Made by a program: the position numbers and the translations under genes
In this document: positions 41,760-44,280 of the stretch, piece by piece
Position numbering within the stretch: the first letter of the stretch is position 1
How the letters are laid out: each line of letters opens with the position of its first letter
From: Chrysochromulina tobinii
Taxonomy: Eukaryota
Reading direction: 5' to 3'
NCBI GenBank assembly: GCA_001275005.1
Contig: JWZX01003033.1
Span: 1-44,280, forward strand
Length of the DNA: 44,280 nt
The notes under the pieces: generated by a model
What the model saw: only the letters and a program-made list of their open reading frames with translations
What the model was told of the DNA's origin: nothing
Database searches by the model: none

Positions 41760-44280
41760 ATGCTTATTTGTGCTTACTCAAATTTCTCTCATATCTGGGG
41801 TTGGGAGATCGTTGGAGCTCTCGAAACTTGGAGGTTTTGCACAGCGCCCGCCGCGGTGGTTCGCCTGGAACGCTGTGCTGCTGAACCAGGTAAAATAGCA
41901 GCTACGTCGCGTCCGGGAACGCCAACAAGGGCTTCGCCCTCGTCGCCTCGAGCCCTAGACGAGGGCGCCGAGCTCGAGCGCCTCGAGAGAACTGGTCGCC
42001 TCGAGAGGTGGGCTCGTGGCGTTAGCCCCGTGTCAGAACGCAGCAATGGTCGAAACCTTGTTGCCGCAGCAGTGGACGAGACAGCGGAGCGCCTTGTTCG
42101 CCGCGCAGATGACTACGGCGAGGATTCATCCAAGGGAGGCGCGGAAACAAAACGCCTCGACTTTGGCTTTGACGACGATGAGGAGGAGGGCTATTACACA
42201 GCAGATGAGGGGGAGGATATCCTCTGGATGAGCACAGTCGCGCCTCCCGCTGCCGCGCCGCCGCTGCCGCCCGCAGCGAGCCTCAATGCAACTGTCCGCA
42301 CCGATGTGGCGTCCGTCGGCGCCGACGATGCGGTCACCTTTTGCGGCTGGTCCCTCAAAAAGGGCGCCCTCTACGGCGCGTCCGAGCGCTTCTTTACTAT
42401 TCGACGCGACGGCACGCTCACATGGTATGTCAAGGAAGATGAGAGCCTGCTGCTCGCTGGCTCGCTCGACTTGCGCCAGATTCGCGAGATCAAGCGCGAG
42501 AAGCCCAAGATCGATAGCGACTACAGCTTCCGGATCGTCACGCAGACGAACGCGCTGCGCATAGACCCCGGCTCCAAGGCCAACTTCGACAAGTGGCAAG
42601 AGGCCCTGCTGGCCGCGATGAGCGGTGTCATTTCGGCCGAGAAGGCCGCCGAGAAGGAGGCCGCCGCAAAGGCAGCGAGAACCGCACTGACCGGCACACC
42701 CTCCAAAGCGGTTTCGGAGCCGGAACCAAAAGCGCTTAAGGCCGCGGTGCCCGCCTCTCCGACGACGCCCTCTTCTCCCCTGCGGCGTACGGTCGCCTTC
42801 GGTCCGGGCCCTCTGGGGATGGTCTTCGGACAAGGAGTTGGGTTCGTCACCATCCACCATGTAGCTGAGGGATCCCAAGGAGAGCAGCAAGGTGTGGCGA
42901 TCGGCAGCAAGGTCATCAGCGTCGCAGGTGAGTCGATGGAGGGCGTGCCGCGCCCTGCGGTGATGGCCCGCATCAAGGACGAGATGAAGCGCGCGGCAGA
43001 GAAGCCCATGATGCTGGAGCTCGAGATTCCATCGGCAGTGCAAGCTGCTCCTGCAAAGGCCGAGGCTGCCAAAAAGGTGGCGGAGGAGAAGGTGGTGGTT
43101 GATCCGACGGCGGACGAAAAGGTCGAGAAGCGTTTGTCATTCTTCGGCGGGCTCGCGGCGGCGATCGCTTCGCCGTTTGAGAGCACACCCGAGGTGCCTG
43201 TGGAAACTGCAGCACCTGCAGGGGCGCCTGCTGCGCCTGCTGCACCTCCTGCGCCTCCTTCGCCGAATACCCTGCGGCGCATGGCCTCCTTCATCCCGGG
43301 CCCACTGGGGACGGTAATTGGCCAAGTAGGCGGAGACCTTACCATCCTTGATGTGAATCCGGGCTCGCAGGCCGAGCAGCAAGGCGTGGTGGTTGGCAGC
43401 AATGTCGTCAGCGTCGCAGGTGAGTCGATGGAGGGCGTGCCGCGAAGTGAAGTCTTGACACACATCAACGAAGTGATGCAACGTGCGGCGAGCTCATTGG
43501 ATCTGGAGCTCGAGAGCCCGAAGGGAGAGGACGCAGCTCATGCAGTACCTTCAGATAATCAGCAGAGGGTCTCACAGGACGCCCCGGTGTCCTATTTGAC
43601 CTTGCGGCACACGGCTACTTTCGGCCCCGGCCCTCTGGGGATGGTGTTTGGCGATGCGGACGGTTACGTCGCCATCCTCAGTGTGACTCCAGGCTCGCAG
43701 GCTGAGCAGCAAGGCGTGGCGATCGGCAGCAAGGTCATCAGCGTCGCAGGTGAGTCGATGGAGGGCGTGCCGCGCCCTGCGGTGATGTCCCGCATCAAGG
43801 ACGAGATGCAGCGTGCGGCAGAGAAGCCCATGGTGTTGGAGCTCGAGATTCCGTCCGTCGACGAAGCTGCTCGTGCCGCAGTCGCAGCTGCCGAGATAGA
43901 GGCGGCCAAGAAGGCGGTCGCCGAGCAGGCTGCGGTTGAGAAAGCAGCTTCGGAGAAGGCGGCCGCCGAGATGACGGCTGCTGAGCCGGCGGCGGCCGAG
44001 AAGGTCAAGAAGCGTTCGTCCTTTTTCGGCGGGCTCGCGGCGGCGATTGCTTCGCCGTCTATGAGTGCCAAGGAAGAGCCTGTGGAGACCACTGCTTCTG
44101 TAGCGGCGCGTGCTTTGCCGACCACCTTGCGGCGCACGGCCACCTTCGGTCCGGGCCCTCTGGGGATGGCGTTTGGCCATGTGGACGGGTGCGTCACCAT
44201 CCTCAGTGTGACTCCAGGCTCGCAGGCTGAGCAGCAAGGCGTGGCGATCGGCAGCAAGGTCATCAGCGTCGCAGGTGAGT
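41760..44280 (+). CDS. PH domain plus at least 4 tandem PDZ domains; runs off the 3' edge (absent from the ORF track)
   Basis: Manual translation is open from ATG 41760. PH domain CGWSLKKG..ERFFTIRRDGTLTWY..GSLDL..FRIVT..FDKWQEAL. PDZ repeats LRRTxxFGPGPLGM..GSQAEQQGVAIGSKVISVAGESM start at about 42780, 43272, 43602 and 44127. True start uncertain. Confidence 0.8.
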   Translation, partial: MLICAYSNFSHIWGWEIVGALETWRFCTAPAAVVRLERCAAEPGKIAATSRPGTPTRASPSSPRALDEGAELERLERTGRLERWARGVSPVSERSNGRNLVAAAVDETAERLVRRADDYGEDSSKGGAETKRLDFGFDDDEEEGYYTADEGEDILWMSTVAPPAAAPPLPPAASLNATVRTDVASVGADDAVTFCGWSLKKGALYGASERFFTIRRDGTLTWYVKEDESLLLAGSLDLRQIREIKREKPKIDSDYSFRIVTQTNALRIDPGSKANFDKWQEALLAAMSGVISAEKAAEKEAAAKAARTALTGTPSKAVSEPEPKALKAAVPASPTTPSSPLRRTVAFGPGPLGMVFGQGVGFVTIHHVAEGSQGEQQGVAIGSKVISVAGESMEGVPRPAVMARIKDEMKRAAEKPMMLELEIPSAVQAAPAKAEAAKKVAEEKVVVDPTADEKVEKRLSFFGGLAAAIASPFESTPEVPVETAAPAGAPAAPAAPPAPPSPNTLRRMASFIPGPLGTVIGQVGGDLTILDVNPGSQAEQQGVVVGSNVVSVAGESMEGVPRSEVLTHINEVMQRAASSLDLELESPKGEDAAHAVPSDNQQRVSQDAPVSYLTLRHTATFGPGPLGMVFGDADGYVAILSVTPGSQAEQQGVAIGSKVISVAGESMEGVPRPAVMSRIKDEMQRAAEKPMVLELEIPSVDEAARAAVAAAEIEAAKKAVAEQAAVEKAASEKAAAEMTAAEPAAAEKVKKRSSFFGGLAAAIASPSMSAKEEPVETTASVAARALPTTLRRTATFGPGPLGMAFGHVDGCVTILSVTPGSQAEQQGVAIGSKVISVAGE

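Noticed and set aside
42126..44263. Minus-strand ORFs of 199-315 aa
   Set aside because: They are the antisense of the PH/PDZ gene, which is missing from the ORF track only because its stop lies outside the window.

Overview
GC-rich, gene-dense eukaryotic genomic DNA with short GT-AG introns. It is most likely from an alga with a complex plastid, probably a haptophyte; this is inferred from base composition, a Zn2Cys6 factor and a signal peptide plus LRLSGG presequence. About 23 genes lie in an almost alternating head-to-head and tail-to-tail layout: a PGPGAY-repeat protein (partial), membrane-anchored GrpE, GalE, a CAMK-like kinase, a small membrane protein, a VOC-like protein, a ~1600-aa Cys-repeat/CBM2-like/FN3 surface protein, a Zn2Cys6 factor, a SAM methyltransferase-like protein, a hypothetical protein, a kinase remnant, a membrane RING-variant protein, MAPK15/ERK7-like (TDY), PurF, a PDZ protein, REXO4-like+R3H, a GT47 exostosin, an FHA-WWE-HUH fusion, a WW/UIM adaptor, HlyIII/PAQR, ZW10, a 2OG-Fe(II) oxygenase and a PH/multi-PDZ protein (partial). 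The most notable feature is the intronless ORF at 32106-34340. It joins FHA-like and WWE reader modules to a C-terminal domain with all three rolling-circle Rep (HUH endonuclease) motifs and no helicase, suggesting a domesticated Rep nuclease acting in DNA-damage biology. At least two short dispersed repeat families occur twice in the window. No rRNA, tRNA or CRISPR array was seen. All calls come from reading motifs by eye; no database searches were run.
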